Shown piece after piece: positions 1 through 10,183 of a stretch of 64,000 nt of DNA. The notes under the pieces were generated by a model. That model worked only from the letters and a program-made list of their open reading frames with translations, was not told the DNA's origin and ran no database searches. The first letter of the stretch is position 1, and each line of letters opens with the position of its first letter. The position numbers and the translations under genes are program-made. Origin of the DNA: Muribaculaceae bacterium (GTDB lineage: Bacteria; Bacteroidota; Bacteroidia; Bacteroidales; Muribaculaceae); the NCBI GenBank assembly GCA_051871535.1, contig JBJECX010000006.1, positions 9,273 through 73,272 on the forward strand, read 5' to 3'.

Positions 1-298
1 TAATGGTGAATTCATCCATGTGGGCTGCCTTGTAGTATTTATCAAGCTTTCCCTCGATGGCGGCTTCGGCAGCCGTGCCTCCGGCTTTTTGCAACAGGTT
101 TTCGCTCTTGAACACGATAGCCGGGCTCACCGATTTCCAAGTGCCCTTGAGGTCGGCGATTTCAACCTTATCGGTCGATACAAGTGAATTTACCACACTG
201 CCAAGATTGAGGTTCTTGAGGCTTGAAAGGTCCCAAGCCCATGCATTTGCACACACTGCAGTGGCAAAGAGTGCCACAATTAACGATTTAAATTTCAT
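1..298 (-). CDS. Secreted lipocalin-like protein (DUF4923-like); 3' end runs off the window
   Basis: Absent from the ORF track because no stop lies in the window. ATG at 298-296 (minus) opens MKFKSLIVALFATAVCANAWA (signal peptide), then GTWKSVSPAIVFKSENLLQKAGGTAAEAAIEGKLDKYY, a pattern I recall from Bacteroidales DUF4923 proteins. Confidence 0.6.
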   Translation of the reverse strand, partial: MKFKSLIVALFATAVCANAWAWDLSSLKNLNLGSVVNSLVSTDKVEIADLKGTWKSVSPAIVFKSENLLQKAGGTAAEAAIEGKLDKYYKAAHMDEFTI

Positions 299-439
299 AG
301 TCTATTAAGAGTTGTTTTTATTAATTCTTAAGTTGCCGGCTCAAGGCTTCACTGCTCAGCCGCGCCACTTGTCCGACACAAAATTAGCATAAAACCACAT
401 CTCTGACAAATAATTAATATTATTTATCATCCTCGGCAC

Positions 440-1020
440 GATTCTACGCCTGTAGGGGCGTATGGCATACGCCCGGCGTCGGTGTGCGTCAATCGACGAT
501 ATTAACCGCGGAGCGGTTACAGCTTCAATAACCCCACATTGGCGGCGACAGCCGACTATGTGGGGACACGCATCCACCCCACCATCCACAACCGCGGCGC
601 GGTTGCAGACCCCGCAAAAAGATTATGATTCAATGCCATCGAAGATGGCAAAATATGCTTAACCGCGAGTGGGGCGCCAGCATAACCTGCGGATGTCGGG
701 TGCTTCACATCTGTTCGGCTTCGAAGATGTCGAACATTATTGTACCTCTTCGAGGCACATATTACGGTGGTGCACTTTCCGCAGGCTGCGCCCCGTAGGG
801 GCTTGCCAGCGGTTAAGCATAGTTCAGCGCCTTCGGCGCTCACCCGCTTATAGGGGCACAGGACGCTAATTATCTGAATCTGCAACCGCTCCGCGGTTGT
901 GTTTATTAGGGTGATTTTCGCTATCCCCACGTAGCCGATTGCGCTTCGCTTATCGTCAACATGGGGTTATTGAGGTTGCAACCGCTCCGCGGTTGTGCGG
1001 CCAATCGCCTGTAGGGGCGG
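440..1020. repeat. Cluster of GC-rich REP-like palindromic repeats in a non-coding gap
   Basis: Four copies of a ~20 bp unit CAACCGC-N3-GCGGTTG (503-520 and 587-608 in one orientation, 881-901 and 977-997 in the other). A ~40 bp inverted pair lies at 501-540 / 958-997. CCTGTAGGGGCG occurs at 449-460 and 1008-1019. Hairpin at 456-474. Only short ORFs with nonsense composition. Confidence 0.7.
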
Positions 1021-1082
1021 TCAGTGATATGAATGCGGCGGGGCAACGTGGTGCTTGCTACCCTGCTTGAAGAACCGGATTC

Positions 1083-3032
1083 TCAATCCTCGCCGATTTC
1101 CTTGTCGATGTCCTCGAAATCGGAATTATTGCTGCGATATTCGGGCACGAAACGCTTGATTGTCAGAATCATATCGTGCGTTTCACCCTTTTGTGCAAGG
1201 TCAATGATTTCGTCAATCACCGGCTTCACCGTGTTGTAGTCGTATTGGTTCACCTTGGCAATCATGATTTTCTTGTTGATGGTTGCCGTGGTGGTTTCGC
1301 GGTCGTTAAGCAGTTCCTCGTAGAGTTTTTCGCCGGGGCGCAACCCGGTTTCTACAATGTCGATATCCTTGTACGGTCTGAATCCGGCAAGCGAAATCAT
1401 CTTGGTGGCGAGGTCGATAATCTTCACCGGGTTGCCCATATCGAAGATGTATATTTCGCCGCCGTTGCCCATACATCCCGCTTCGAGCACAAGCGAGCAA
1501 GCCTCGGGGATGGTCATGAAGTAGCGAATGATTTCGCGGTGTGTGATGGTCACCGGACCGCCTTGCGCAATCTGGCGGCGGAAGATAGGAATCACCGAGC
1601 CGTTGGAGCCCAACACATTGCCAAAGCGAGTGGTAATGAATTTGGTTTGTTTGCCATGGCGTTGCGAGTAGAAGAACAGCGATTGGGTGTAGATTTCGGC
1701 AAGGCGTTTGGTGGCACCCATCACATTGGTGGGGTTCACCGCCTTGTCAGTCGACACCATCACAAACTTCTGCACCCCGTATTTCACAGCCAGGTCGGCA
1801 ACCACCTTCGAGCCCAGCACATTGTTGACGATGGCAACGGTGGGATTGATTTCCATCATTGGCACATGCTTGTAGGCAGCGGCATGAATCACTATGCGTG
1901 GACGGAATTGCTCGAAAGCGCGCTCCATGCGGTTGACATCGGTCACGTTTGCCATATATGGCACCACGTTGATTTGCGGATTCTTGTCGGCCAATTCCAA
2001 CATAAGCTCGTGCATGGGCGACTCGGCTTGGTCGACGCACACTATCTGCCTTGCCTTGCACAGAGCCACCTGCCGGACAATCTCGCTGCCTATCGAGCCA
2101 CAGGCACCGGTAATCATTATCACCTCGTCGAAGATGTTTTTCCGCACCAGCGTGTTGTCGGTGATGATGGGCGCACGTCCCAGAAGGTCCTCGATGTTCA
2201 CCTCTTTCATCTGGTTAGAAATGTCGGCATGCTCGTCGCCTTCGCCCGATAGTTTCTTGAGGTTGACACTACCGATGCGGTTGAACTGCAGCACTTTCAC
2301 GCCCGTGTTCAGTATCGGCTTTGCCACATCGCTATTGAGGATGGCAAGGTCGGCAGAATCGAAGATGATAGTGGATATATGCAGCTTTTCTACCAAAGCG
2401 TCGAAGGTGTCGGGGTTGAACGTATACACCGGGATGTTGTTCTTATACGACCGTGCTATCTCGGCGTCGCCGAAATTGAGCAGCGCCACCGGAGTGTACT
2501 TGCCGGAGATTTCGCTTTGCAGCATGTTGGCAATAAACAGCGAGTGGAGCGACGTGCCCACAACGCATGCCCTACGGCGTCCGTTGCCGAATTGCATCAA
2601 TTTAAAGTAGAGATACTTTATGGAGAGGCGCTCGGCTGTCATCAGGCAGAATGCAGTGAAAACCACCATTGCCATACCCCACATGCTAAACCATGGGGTG
2701 CCGGTGATTTGCTGCACCAACACATTTATCACCACAAGCACAATCAGCGACACGATGCAAAGTGTGAGCGTGCGAAACAAGTCGTTGAGAGCCGTAAGAC
2801 GTATGATATAGGCATAGCTTTTACTGAAGAAACTCATCACCAGGAACACCGCCGTGATTACGCAATAGTTGCGCAGGATATCGAAACCGGTGCTTGAGGC
2901 AATGTTCAAAGAGTCGGATGCAGTGACAATGGCGCAACTCAAAACCACGATCAGCATATCGATGACCAGGATAATCCACCGCGGTGTGGTGCGGTCGCTC
3001 AATGGTTTCAGGAAGCCAAATATTTCTTTCAT
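1083..3032 (-). CDS. Polysaccharide biosynthesis protein, CapD/WbpM/PglF-type NDP-sugar 4,6-dehydratase/epimerase
   Basis: N-terminal multi-TM region, Rossmann motif ITGACGSIGSEI, and STDKAVNPTNVMGATKRLAE typical of the family. Start moved to ATG 3032 (the track start at 3062 is TTG). Confidence 0.85.
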   Translation of the reverse strand: MKEIFGFLKPLSDRTTPRWIILVIDMLIVVLSCAIVTASDSLNIASSTGFDILRNYCVITAVFLVMSFFSKSYAYIIRLTALNDLFRTLTLCIVSLIVLVVINVLVQQITGTPWFSMWGMAMVVFTAFCLMTAERLSIKYLYFKLMQFGNGRRRACVVGTSLHSLFIANMLQSEISGKYTPVALLNFGDAEIARSYKNNIPVYTFNPDTFDALVEKLHISTIIFDSADLAILNSDVAKPILNTGVKVLQFNRIGSVNLKKLSGEGDEHADISNQMKEVNIEDLLGRAPIITDNTLVRKNIFDEVIMITGACGSIGSEIVRQVALCKARQIVCVDQAESPMHELMLELADKNPQINVVPYMANVTDVNRMERAFEQFRPRIVIHAAAYKHVPMMEINPTVAIVNNVLGSKVVADLAVKYGVQKFVMVSTDKAVNPTNVMGATKRLAEIYTQSLFFYSQRHGKQTKFITTRFGNVLGSNGSVIPIFRRQIAQGGPVTITHREIIRYFMTIPEACSLVLEAGCMGNGGEIYIFDMGNPVKIIDLATKMISLAGFRPYKDIDIVETGLRPGEKLYEELLNDRETTTATINKKIMIAKVNQYDYNTVKPVIDEIIDLAQKGETHDMILTIKRFVPEYRSNNSDFEDIDKEIGED

Positions 3033-3163
3033 AGTAAAAAGCCCAATATTAAACAACAACAATGATTGTGTAAAAAAATGTAAGTCGTAAAGTTACTATT
3101 CCTGATAATAAGCAAACAGCATTTCTCTGCTCAATCCGTAGCAGGAATATTGTATATTTTCGG

Positions 3164-3171
3164 CAAAGTTA
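3164..3171 (-). promoter_or_regulatory. Candidate Bacteroidetes -7 box (TAACTTTG on minus strand)
   Basis: Plus-strand CAAAGTTA matches the TAnnTTTG consensus, ~130 nt upstream of the capD-like ATG. Confidence 0.35.
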
Positions 3172-3356
3172 TGATTTTTTTTTCAAAAACCATCGTTGCT
3201 GAATCAGAATATTTTTTTGCACACCAAAATATTCTGTGATGTAATCATATAATTATTCTACGATTGGGTGCCTTTTAGGGCGGCATGGCGAGTGATATTC
3301 ATAGCAATATCAATTCTGCGGTGCAGCCTTAATAATGCTTCAAATAACGCCAGGCA

Positions 3357-3647
3357 TCAGTTGCTTCGCACTTGTCCGTCGCCTTCCACTATCCATTTAT
3401 AGGTGGTGAGTTCTTCGAGAGCCATAGGTCCGCGGGCATGCAGCTTCTGTGTGCTGATACCTATCTCTGCGCCCAGCCCAAACTCGCCGCCGTCGGTAAA
3501 CGAGGTGGGGGCGTTGACATAGACGCAAGCAGCATCCACTTCGCGCATGAATCGCTGCGTCGCTGCCTTCTTCTCGGTGACGATGCACTCGCTGCAGTGC
3601 TCACCGGTGCAAATCTCACCGCCAATCACGCCCCTGATTTGCCTCAC
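3357..3647 (-). pseudogene. proA: 5'-truncated remnant of gamma-glutamyl phosphate reductase (proA), last ~90 codons only
   Basis: The translation ends [58 protein letters not shown], which matches the conserved ProA C-terminus. A full protein is ~415 aa. Homology stops at ~3640, where AT-rich sequence begins. Confidence 0.75.
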
Positions 3648-3803
3648 TCAAGAGGCAATTATGATGATTCTACAACAAACACTACACAAAACCGCCCGTT
3701 TTGCGCTGTTGAAAACTATTGAAAAATGTGCAAATTTATCTATTTTGATATTTTGAACACACTTTTTACTCTATTACAGACAAGTTTATAACAAAAAAAT
3801 ATC

Positions 3804-3811
3804 TATCTTTG
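3804..3811 (+). promoter_or_regulatory. Candidate -7 box TATCTTTG upstream of the lipoprotein operon
   Basis: Exact TAnnTTTG match in an AT-rich region, 170 nt upstream of ATG 3982. Confidence 0.4.
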
Positions 3812-3981
3812 TAATGCCGAAACACAATATGCTTGAATATTTTTGAGAAACACAAACTGATTATGCATCTTTTTTGAAAAAAGTTACATGAAAGGGTTAA
3901 CACAGAACTATGAAAGCAAGAATCGGCACACAAATAAAAGCATATTAAACAAGTAATTAAAATAAACAGATTTATTTACAA

Positions 3982-6480
3982 ATGAAGCAAGGATTAATTT
4001 GGGTTACAGCAGCCATAACAATACTAATGGCTTCATGCTCGGGCGATGAGCCTAAGATGGAGGCAGGGTATGGCAAATTCAAACCCACCTTTACGGCGGA
4101 CTACAGCGTGAAGGATTCAAGAGCTACCACGAAAGCGGCTACAGTGCCCACCGTGGCACAGCCCGACGTGAACGATTTTTATGTTCATCTGTCGCGCACC
4201 GATGGCTCGGTTGACAAGACCTGGAGCAAGGTGAGCGAGATGTCGCAAACCGAGAAATTCCCGGTGGGCAAGTATAATCTTGAGATGTACTATGGCGACA
4301 TCAACGACGAAGGCTTCGACAAGCCTTACTACTACGGCACTACCGAATTCACTATCTACGACGGCGAAGTGAGCGAGCCACAGGTGAAAGCCACACTGTG
4401 CAACACCATGGTGAGCATCGACTACACCGACGCTTTCAAGGCATACTTTACCGATTATAAAGCCATCATCCACTCGGGCGGCGGCGACTACATCACATTC
4501 GAGAGCACCGAAACACGCGCAGCATACGTGAAGCCGGGCACCATAAGCATGAGCCTCACCCTCACCAACCGCGAAGGCAATACGGTGACCATCGAACCGG
4601 CTGCCATACCCAATGCGCAGCCTAAGACGCACTATCGCATCACCTTCGACGTCAACGGCGGCGAAGTGGGCGACGCCGTGCTGGTGATTACCTTCGACGA
4701 GACCACCGAGGATGGCGGCGAAGTGGCAATCACCCTTGGCGACGAACTCTTCAACGCCGAGGAACCGTCAATCACTGCCGACAATTTCACCTCGGGCGAA
4801 ACCATCAGCATGATTGAAGGCGACGTGTTGGCAAATAGTCCTAAAATACATATAGCTGCCATGGCAGGATTCAGCGAAGTCACCCTCACCACCCAGTCAC
4901 AATACCTGCTCGCCCAAGGCTGGCCTGCCGAGCTCGACCTCACCAAAGCCACCCCGGCGCAACGCGCGCTGCTGATGAAGTACGGATTGAAGGTGTCGGG
5001 TCTGTGGGGCTCGTCGGCTTGCACCATGGCGATGGTCGACTTCTCCGACGTGATGCCTGCGTTGCGCGTATACAACGGAAGCAGCTCGCACGCGTTCACC
5101 CTCGTTGCCAAGGACATACTCACCCGCGTCACCCAACCCGTTACATTCAACGTGTCGGCTCCGTCGGTAATCCTCACCTTGCCTTCGAGCCTGACCATCG
5201 AACCGGCGGTCAGCCAAGTGAGCTGCGAAGTGACCTACAGCGGCACCAACTTTGCACAAAATGTGCACATTCAATGCCAAAAGAGCAACGGCACATGGGT
5301 GGACTCGCAAATCACCAACATAACATCGCTTGGCGACAACAAATACAGCATAACATTCACCGTGCCTATGATTGCCGACGACATTCAGGTGCGTGCAATC
5401 TATCGCAACGGCGTGAAGACAGTGGACGGTCTGACCGTGTCGCACAACATTCCGTCGCTCTCTCTTGCCGTGAACGACTACGACGTGTGGGCTTATAACG
5501 CCGCCCTCACCTATTCGTCGAGCAACGAGAACTACACCGAGCTGAACAAGGTGCTCTCCGTATACCTGTCGTCGGACGGCGGCAAGACCTTTGCTGCAGT
5601 GAGCGCAAGCAACCTCACCGTCGACGGTCAGAACATCAGCCTCAGAAATCTGAAACCGGGCATCGCCTATCAAGCAAAGATTTCGGTTGCCGGCACCCCC
5701 AACAATGCAAGCAACACCGTTTCATTCTCCACCGAAGCGGCAACACAGATTCCTAACAGCGACATGGAAAGCTGGAGCACCATCCAGAACTCAACAGTGA
5801 ACAGTGCATATGAGTTTATGCCATATTCCGAAGGCGAGAGCGACATCTGGTGGGCAACCAACAGCAAGCGCTCATTGGATGGAAAGAAGATTCTTGGCAT
5901 ATGGGCAAAAGTGGCATTCAGCCCTTGCGTAAGCTACACCACAACCGACATTCACGGCGGCTCGCGTGCAGCACTCATCTACACCTCGGGGCACGGCGGT
6001 GGCTACGCAAGCACCAACGAGATAATCTACTCGGGCGGTGGATTTGCCGGCGAATTATTCATCGGCAGCTACACCTACAACGGCAGTTCTAACGCCAACA
6101 TAGCGTATGGTCACTCATTCGCTTCGCGTCCTGCCACATTCTCGTTCTGGTATAAATACCAGCCGAAGAACACCGACCACTTTGTTGTGACAGTTGAGCT
6201 GAAAAACGGCAACACGGTGATTGCCGACGGTTCGTTCATCTCCGACGACACCTCGGTGAGCGACTCCCAATACCGATTGGCAGACATTGCGCTCGACTAC
6301 AAGGACCGCACCAAGAAAGCCACCTCAATCAGCGTAAGCTTCAAGTCGACCTACCGCACATCGTTCTCCGACAGCGACTTCGACAAAGCACGCAGCATCA
6401 CCTTCCCCGCCCCGATGGGTTCGTGGACAGCCCACATGGGTAGCATACTGCTCATCGACGATTTATCACTCACCTATTAA
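3982..6480 (+). CDS. Surface lipoprotein: DUF4493-like N-module + FN3-like + PCMD-like C-terminal domain
   Basis: Lipobox ILMASC. N-module contains FDKPYYYGTTEFTIYDGEVSEPQVKATLCNTMVSIDY. C-terminal part contains NSDMESWS, WWATNS, GELFIGSY, FASRPATFSFWYKY and ends LLIDDLSLTY, the PCMD pattern as I recall it. Confidence 0.75.
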   Translation: MKQGLIWVTAAITILMASCSGDEPKMEAGYGKFKPTFTADYSVKDSRATTKAATVPTVAQPDVNDFYVHLSRTDGSVDKTWSKVSEMSQTEKFPVGKYNLEMYYGDINDEGFDKPYYYGTTEFTIYDGEVSEPQVKATLCNTMVSIDYTDAFKAYFTDYKAIIHSGGGDYITFESTETRAAYVKPGTISMSLTLTNREGNTVTIEPAAIPNAQPKTHYRITFDVNGGEVGDAVLVITFDETTEDGGEVAITLGDELFNAEEPSITADNFTSGETISMIEGDVLANSPKIHIAAMAGFSEVTLTTQSQYLLAQGWPAELDLTKATPAQRALLMKYGLKVSGLWGSSACTMAMVDFSDVMPALRVYNGSSSHAFTLVAKDILTRVTQPVTFNVSAPSVILTLPSSLTIEPAVSQVSCEVTYSGTNFAQNVHIQCQKSNGTWVDSQITNITSLGDNKYSITFTVPMIADDIQVRAIYRNGVKTVDGLTVSHNIPSLSLAVNDYDVWAYNAALTYSSSNENYTELNKVLSVYLSSDGGKTFAAVSASNLTVDGQNISLRNLKPGIAYQAKISVAGTPNNASNTVSFSTEAATQIPNSDMESWSTIQNSTVNSAYEFMPYSEGESDIWWATNSKRSLDGKKILGIWAKVAFSPCVSYTTTDIHGGSRAALIYTSGHGGGYASTNEIIYSGGGFAGELFIGSYTYNGSSNANIAYGHSFASRPATFSFWYKYQPKNTDHFVVTVELKNGNTVIADGSFISDDTSVSDSQYRLADIALDYKDRTKKATSISVSFKSTYRTSFSDSDFDKARSITFPAPMGSWTAHMGSILLIDDLSLTY

Positions 6481-6496
6481 TCCCCACACACCGACA

Positions 6497-8029
6497 ATGA
6501 AAAAATTATATAATATCATAATGCTCATGGCATTGGCAACATTTGCTTTTGCCAGTTGCGACGACCCTAACTATGGCACCCAGAATGCCGAAGAAGGGCA
6601 ACTGAAGATGTCGACCCTCGGCATCGACGTCGACGCCTCGGAGAATGTAGTGACAAAGGCGTCGATTGACGTGAGCGGTTTCACCGTGCGCATCCTCGAT
6701 GCCAAGAGCGGACTGCTCAAAAACTCATGGACATTCAGCCAAATGCCCGAAGTGATTACACTTCCTGTGGGCGAATACACCGCTGAGGTATACAGCGCAC
6801 CGGTGCAAGAGGCAGCCTTCGACGCACCTTACTACTACGCCAAGCAAAACTTCACGATTGCCAAAAACAAGGTGACCGAACTCAACCCGGTGACCTGCAC
6901 CCTCGAGAATGTGCGCGTGAGCATAGTGTACAGCGAAGCACTGAAAAACGTGATGAGCGACGACGTGAAAGTGACCGTTGAAGTGGCAGAAAAGAACACC
7001 CTCAACTTCGGCGCAAACGAAACACGCTCGGGCTACTTCCGCTACTACGAAACCAACACCACGCTGGTGGCTTCGTTCAGCGGCACCGTCGACGGCGTGT
7101 TCATCCAGGAGGACCACAAGATTATGACCGACGTGGCTCCGCGCAAGCACTACATCATCACTTTCAACTACAAAGAAAACCCGACCCCAGGCGATGAATC
7201 GGGCTCGCTTACAAGCGCAAATTTTACTATTGACGCCACTGTGACAGTGGTGAATGTAACCCGCGACATAGACATTGACGACGAGATAATCGAGCCATTC
7301 GATTTCCTCACCACCTCCGTTTCGAGTGTAAACCTGCCATGCGCAGCAAGCACCAAGGATGTCACCGTGAAATCGTCGGCAGCATGGACCGTTGAAAGCA
7401 GCGATGAAAGCTGGTGCACCATCACCAACATCACAAGCACAGGCTTCACTATCAACGCCACAGCCAACGAGGCTTCGACAAGCCGCACGGCTAACGTGAA
7501 GGTGACTATGGGCAACCTGAGCAAGACCATCAAGGTCACTCAAGCCGAATATGCCGATGTTAAGCCAGCTCCGTCGTTCCAGAGCGACAACATCGACCTC
7601 GACAACTACAACGACGCATCGAAATTTGGCGACGGCAAGAAATCGGCCATCGTGAACATCAGTGCTCCTAACGGCATCAAGAGCCTGTTTGTTAACATCA
7701 TATCGGGCACACTCACCCCCGAGATTCTCGAAGGTGTGGGATTGGGCACCCAGTTTGACCTTGCCACCGGTCTGGCACCTAACGGCACCGACTTCACGGA
7801 AGGTCTGGTTGGCCTCGGATTCCCGGTTGCCAATGGCGGCACAATGACTATCAACAGCGTAGTATATAACTATGCAGCTGTTGTCAACCAAACCGAAGTG
7901 GTGTTCAACATCACTTCATTTATGGACCTGCTCGGCCTCTACGGCGCCGCCAAGCACGACTTCGAAATCACCGTAACCGACAATGCCGGCCTGGTGAACA
8001 AAGCAACAATCAAGTTTGAAACAAAATAA
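6497..8029 (+). CDS. Surface lipoprotein: DUF4493-like N-module + BACON-like domain
   Basis: Lipobox FAFASC. N-module is paralogous to 3982 and 8042 (FDAPYYYAKQNFTIAKNKVTELNPVTCTLENVRVSIVY). The segment VNLPCAASTKDVTVKSSAAWTVESSDESWCTI...RTANVKVTMGNLSKTIKVTQ looks like BACON. Confidence 0.7.
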   Translation: MKKLYNIIMLMALATFAFASCDDPNYGTQNAEEGQLKMSTLGIDVDASENVVTKASIDVSGFTVRILDAKSGLLKNSWTFSQMPEVITLPVGEYTAEVYSAPVQEAAFDAPYYYAKQNFTIAKNKVTELNPVTCTLENVRVSIVYSEALKNVMSDDVKVTVEVAEKNTLNFGANETRSGYFRYYETNTTLVASFSGTVDGVFIQEDHKIMTDVAPRKHYIITFNYKENPTPGDESGSLTSANFTIDATVTVVNVTRDIDIDDEIIEPFDFLTTSVSSVNLPCAASTKDVTVKSSAAWTVESSDESWCTITNITSTGFTINATANEASTSRTANVKVTMGNLSKTIKVTQAEYADVKPAPSFQSDNIDLDNYNDASKFGDGKKSAIVNISAPNGIKSLFVNIISGTLTPEILEGVGLGTQFDLATGLAPNGTDFTEGLVGLGFPVANGGTMTINSVVYNYAAVVNQTEVVFNITSFMDLLGLYGAAKHDFEITVTDNAGLVNKATIKFETK

Positions 8030-8041
8030 CAACGACAGGGT

Positions 8042-10183
8042 ATGAAAAAGTTTTTTAATACAATAATGGCGCTCTGCTTGATTGCCGGAGTATTGACATC
8101 ATGCTCTGACGACAAGTTCCTCACCGAGGGTGAGGGCGCAGCAAACTTCAGCGTCGTGCTCGACACCGAAGCCAACGTGGTAACTCGCGCAAGCAACGAA
8201 GCTGCGCTTGCCGAAAACTGCATCGTTTACGTCTACAACACACAAGGCTTGATTCGCAAATATCGCGGTACAAGCACGCTGCCATCGCAGCTCTTCCTCA
8301 AGAGCGGCAACTACCGCGTGACAGCAGCTGCCGGCGACAGCGTGCCGGCCTCGTTCACCGACCGTTACTTCAAAGGCGCCAGCGACTTCACCATCAGCGC
8401 CGGCAACGAAACCCAGGTGAACGTGCGTTGCCGCATTGCCAACTCGGTGGTGGTGGTTGATTTCGGCAACATCGCCGAAGCGCTCAGCGACTACAAGATT
8501 GCCGTGAGCAACGCCAACGGTGAACTCGAATTCACAAGCGACATGGAAGGCACCAAAGGCTACTTCATGCTCGACGACGGCGAGACATCGCTCAACTGGA
8601 AGATAACCGGCACTCAACTCGACGGCTCGGAATACGAGAAAACCGGCACCATCGACAACGTGAAGCCTACTCACCAGTACACCATCACAATGAACTACAG
8701 CAGCGCCCCAACCGAATACGGTGGTGCACTCATCACCATCGACGTGGCTGAGGCTGAAATTGTAACCAAGGAAGTGGTTATCACTGCCGCACCAAAGTTT
8801 ATGCTCAATGGCGGCCGCGACATCAACGCCCCTGTGGTGTCGCAACCCGAGGCATTCACCAGCAATGTGGCAGTTTACTGCACCTCGGCTTGCGCCCTCA
8901 AGAGCGTGGATGTGAAAGCCGACAACAACGTGTTCACCTCGCTGCTCGGATTGCCCGACAACGAGTTTGAGATATTCACGATGACCGACAACTATCGTGC
9001 TTCGCTCGAAAGCGCCGGACTCACCTACACCTACGACTACAACACCGAAGCCGACAACGCAATTGCCAAAATCGTCTTCCAGGACGAGATGCTCAATAAG
9101 CTGCCCGACGGTGACTACTACATCCACTTCACCGCCACCGATGTGATGAACAAGGTGCGCACCTACACTATGCACCTGCAAATCACCGACTCGTCGGTTG
9201 GCACTGTCGACATCAACGTAGACGATGTGTACACCTCGCGCGCCACAATCTATGGCACAGTGCTCAAGAGCAACGCCACCGCTCTTCAATTCCGCTATCG
9301 CGTGCAAGGCACCACCGACTGGACCGTGGTCGACGCTACCGTTTCGGGCAGCACCATGAGTGCAAGCCTCACAGGCCTCACCGCCGGCACCACCTACGAA
9401 TTCCAAGCCATCTGCGAGGGTTCGACGCTTGCCGACATCAAGACCTTCACCACCGAAGAAAAAGCGCAACTGAAAAACGCAAGCTTCGAAGAATGGAATA
9501 CCTCGTCGAAGGCTTATCTGATTTGCTCTTCGTCGAGCGACATGTTCTGGGATTCGGGTAATCACGGTTCATCGACTATGAACAAAAACGTGACCGTTCC
9601 TTCAACCACCTATGTGAACGACGGCACCTACTCCATCAACCTCAAGTCGCAATTTGTGGGCATCGGCTCAATAGGCAAATTTGCTGCCGGCAACGTGTTT
9701 ATCGGAAAATACATCCGCACCGACGGCACCGACGGCGTGATAGGATGGGGACGCGAATTCCATTCCCGTCCAAAGAGCCTCACCGGTTATGTGAAGTATT
9801 CGCCTGTTGAAATCAACAACAACGCAGGCACCGTTGACGGAGCCACCGGCATGGACAAGGGTCACATCTTCATCGTCCTTTGGGACGACTCGAAAGAGAC
9901 CGACAGCACCAGCGGCGAATCGTGGCCAAAAATCATCAACACAAAGACACAGCAACTGTTCGACCCTAATTCGGAACACGTAATTGCCTACGGCGAATTG
10001 GTTCTGACCGAAAGCACTGCAGCCGAAGGCCTGCAGCAGTTTGAAATAGTGCTCGACTACCGCAGCAACAAAAAGCCATCGGCAATTATAGTGACCTGTT
10101 CGGCAAGCAAATATGGCGATTATTTCTGCGGTGGCAGCGGCTCGGAAATGTGGCTTGACAATTTACAATTAAACTACGAATGA
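8042..10183 (+). CDS. Surface lipoprotein: DUF4493-like N-module + FN3-like + PCMD-like C-terminal domain
   Basis: Lipobox VLTSC. Paralogous N-module. FN3-like LQFRYRVQGTTDWTVVDATVSGSTMSASLTGLTAGTTYEFQA. PCMD-like KFAAGNVFIGKYIRTDGTDGVIGWGREFHSRPKSLTGYVKYSP, ending MWLDNLQLNYE. Confidence 0.75.
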   Translation: MKKFFNTIMALCLIAGVLTSCSDDKFLTEGEGAANFSVVLDTEANVVTRASNEAALAENCIVYVYNTQGLIRKYRGTSTLPSQLFLKSGNYRVTAAAGDSVPASFTDRYFKGASDFTISAGNETQVNVRCRIANSVVVVDFGNIAEALSDYKIAVSNANGELEFTSDMEGTKGYFMLDDGETSLNWKITGTQLDGSEYEKTGTIDNVKPTHQYTITMNYSSAPTEYGGALITIDVAEAEIVTKEVVITAAPKFMLNGGRDINAPVVSQPEAFTSNVAVYCTSACALKSVDVKADNNVFTSLLGLPDNEFEIFTMTDNYRASLESAGLTYTYDYNTEADNAIAKIVFQDEMLNKLPDGDYYIHFTATDVMNKVRTYTMHLQITDSSVGTVDINVDDVYTSRATIYGTVLKSNATALQFRYRVQGTTDWTVVDATVSGSTMSASLTGLTAGTTYEFQAICEGSTLADIKTFTTEEKAQLKNASFEEWNTSSKAYLICSSSSDMFWDSGNHGSSTMNKNVTVPSTTYVNDGTYSINLKSQFVGIGSIGKFAAGNVFIGKYIRTDGTDGVIGWGREFHSRPKSLTGYVKYSPVEINNNAGTVDGATGMDKGHIFIVLWDDSKETDSTSGESWPKIINTKTQQLFDPNSEHVIAYGELVLTESTAAEGLQQFEIVLDYRSNKKPSAIIVTCSASKYGDYFCGGSGSEMWLDNLQLNYE

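Noticed and set aside
356-930. Several 60-124 aa ORFs in the first intergenic gap.
   Set aside because: They overlap one another on both strands inside the REP-like repeat cluster. They are R/A/P/C-rich and show no start context.
1176-2252. 358 aa plus-strand ORF (and its neighbours 1894-2610 and 2379-2897) overlapping the capD-like gene.
   Set aside because: It is antisense to a gene with strong family motifs. Its H/V/G/R-rich composition is typical of shadow frames in high-GC coding sequence.
8099-9565. 488 aa minus-strand ORF across the third lipoprotein gene, with similar long antisense ORFs at 4117-5673 and 6725-7891.
   Set aside because: These are shadow ORFs opposite clearly paralogous, lipobox-bearing genes. 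They have no signal peptide or recognisable motif and a skewed V/G/H/A composition.
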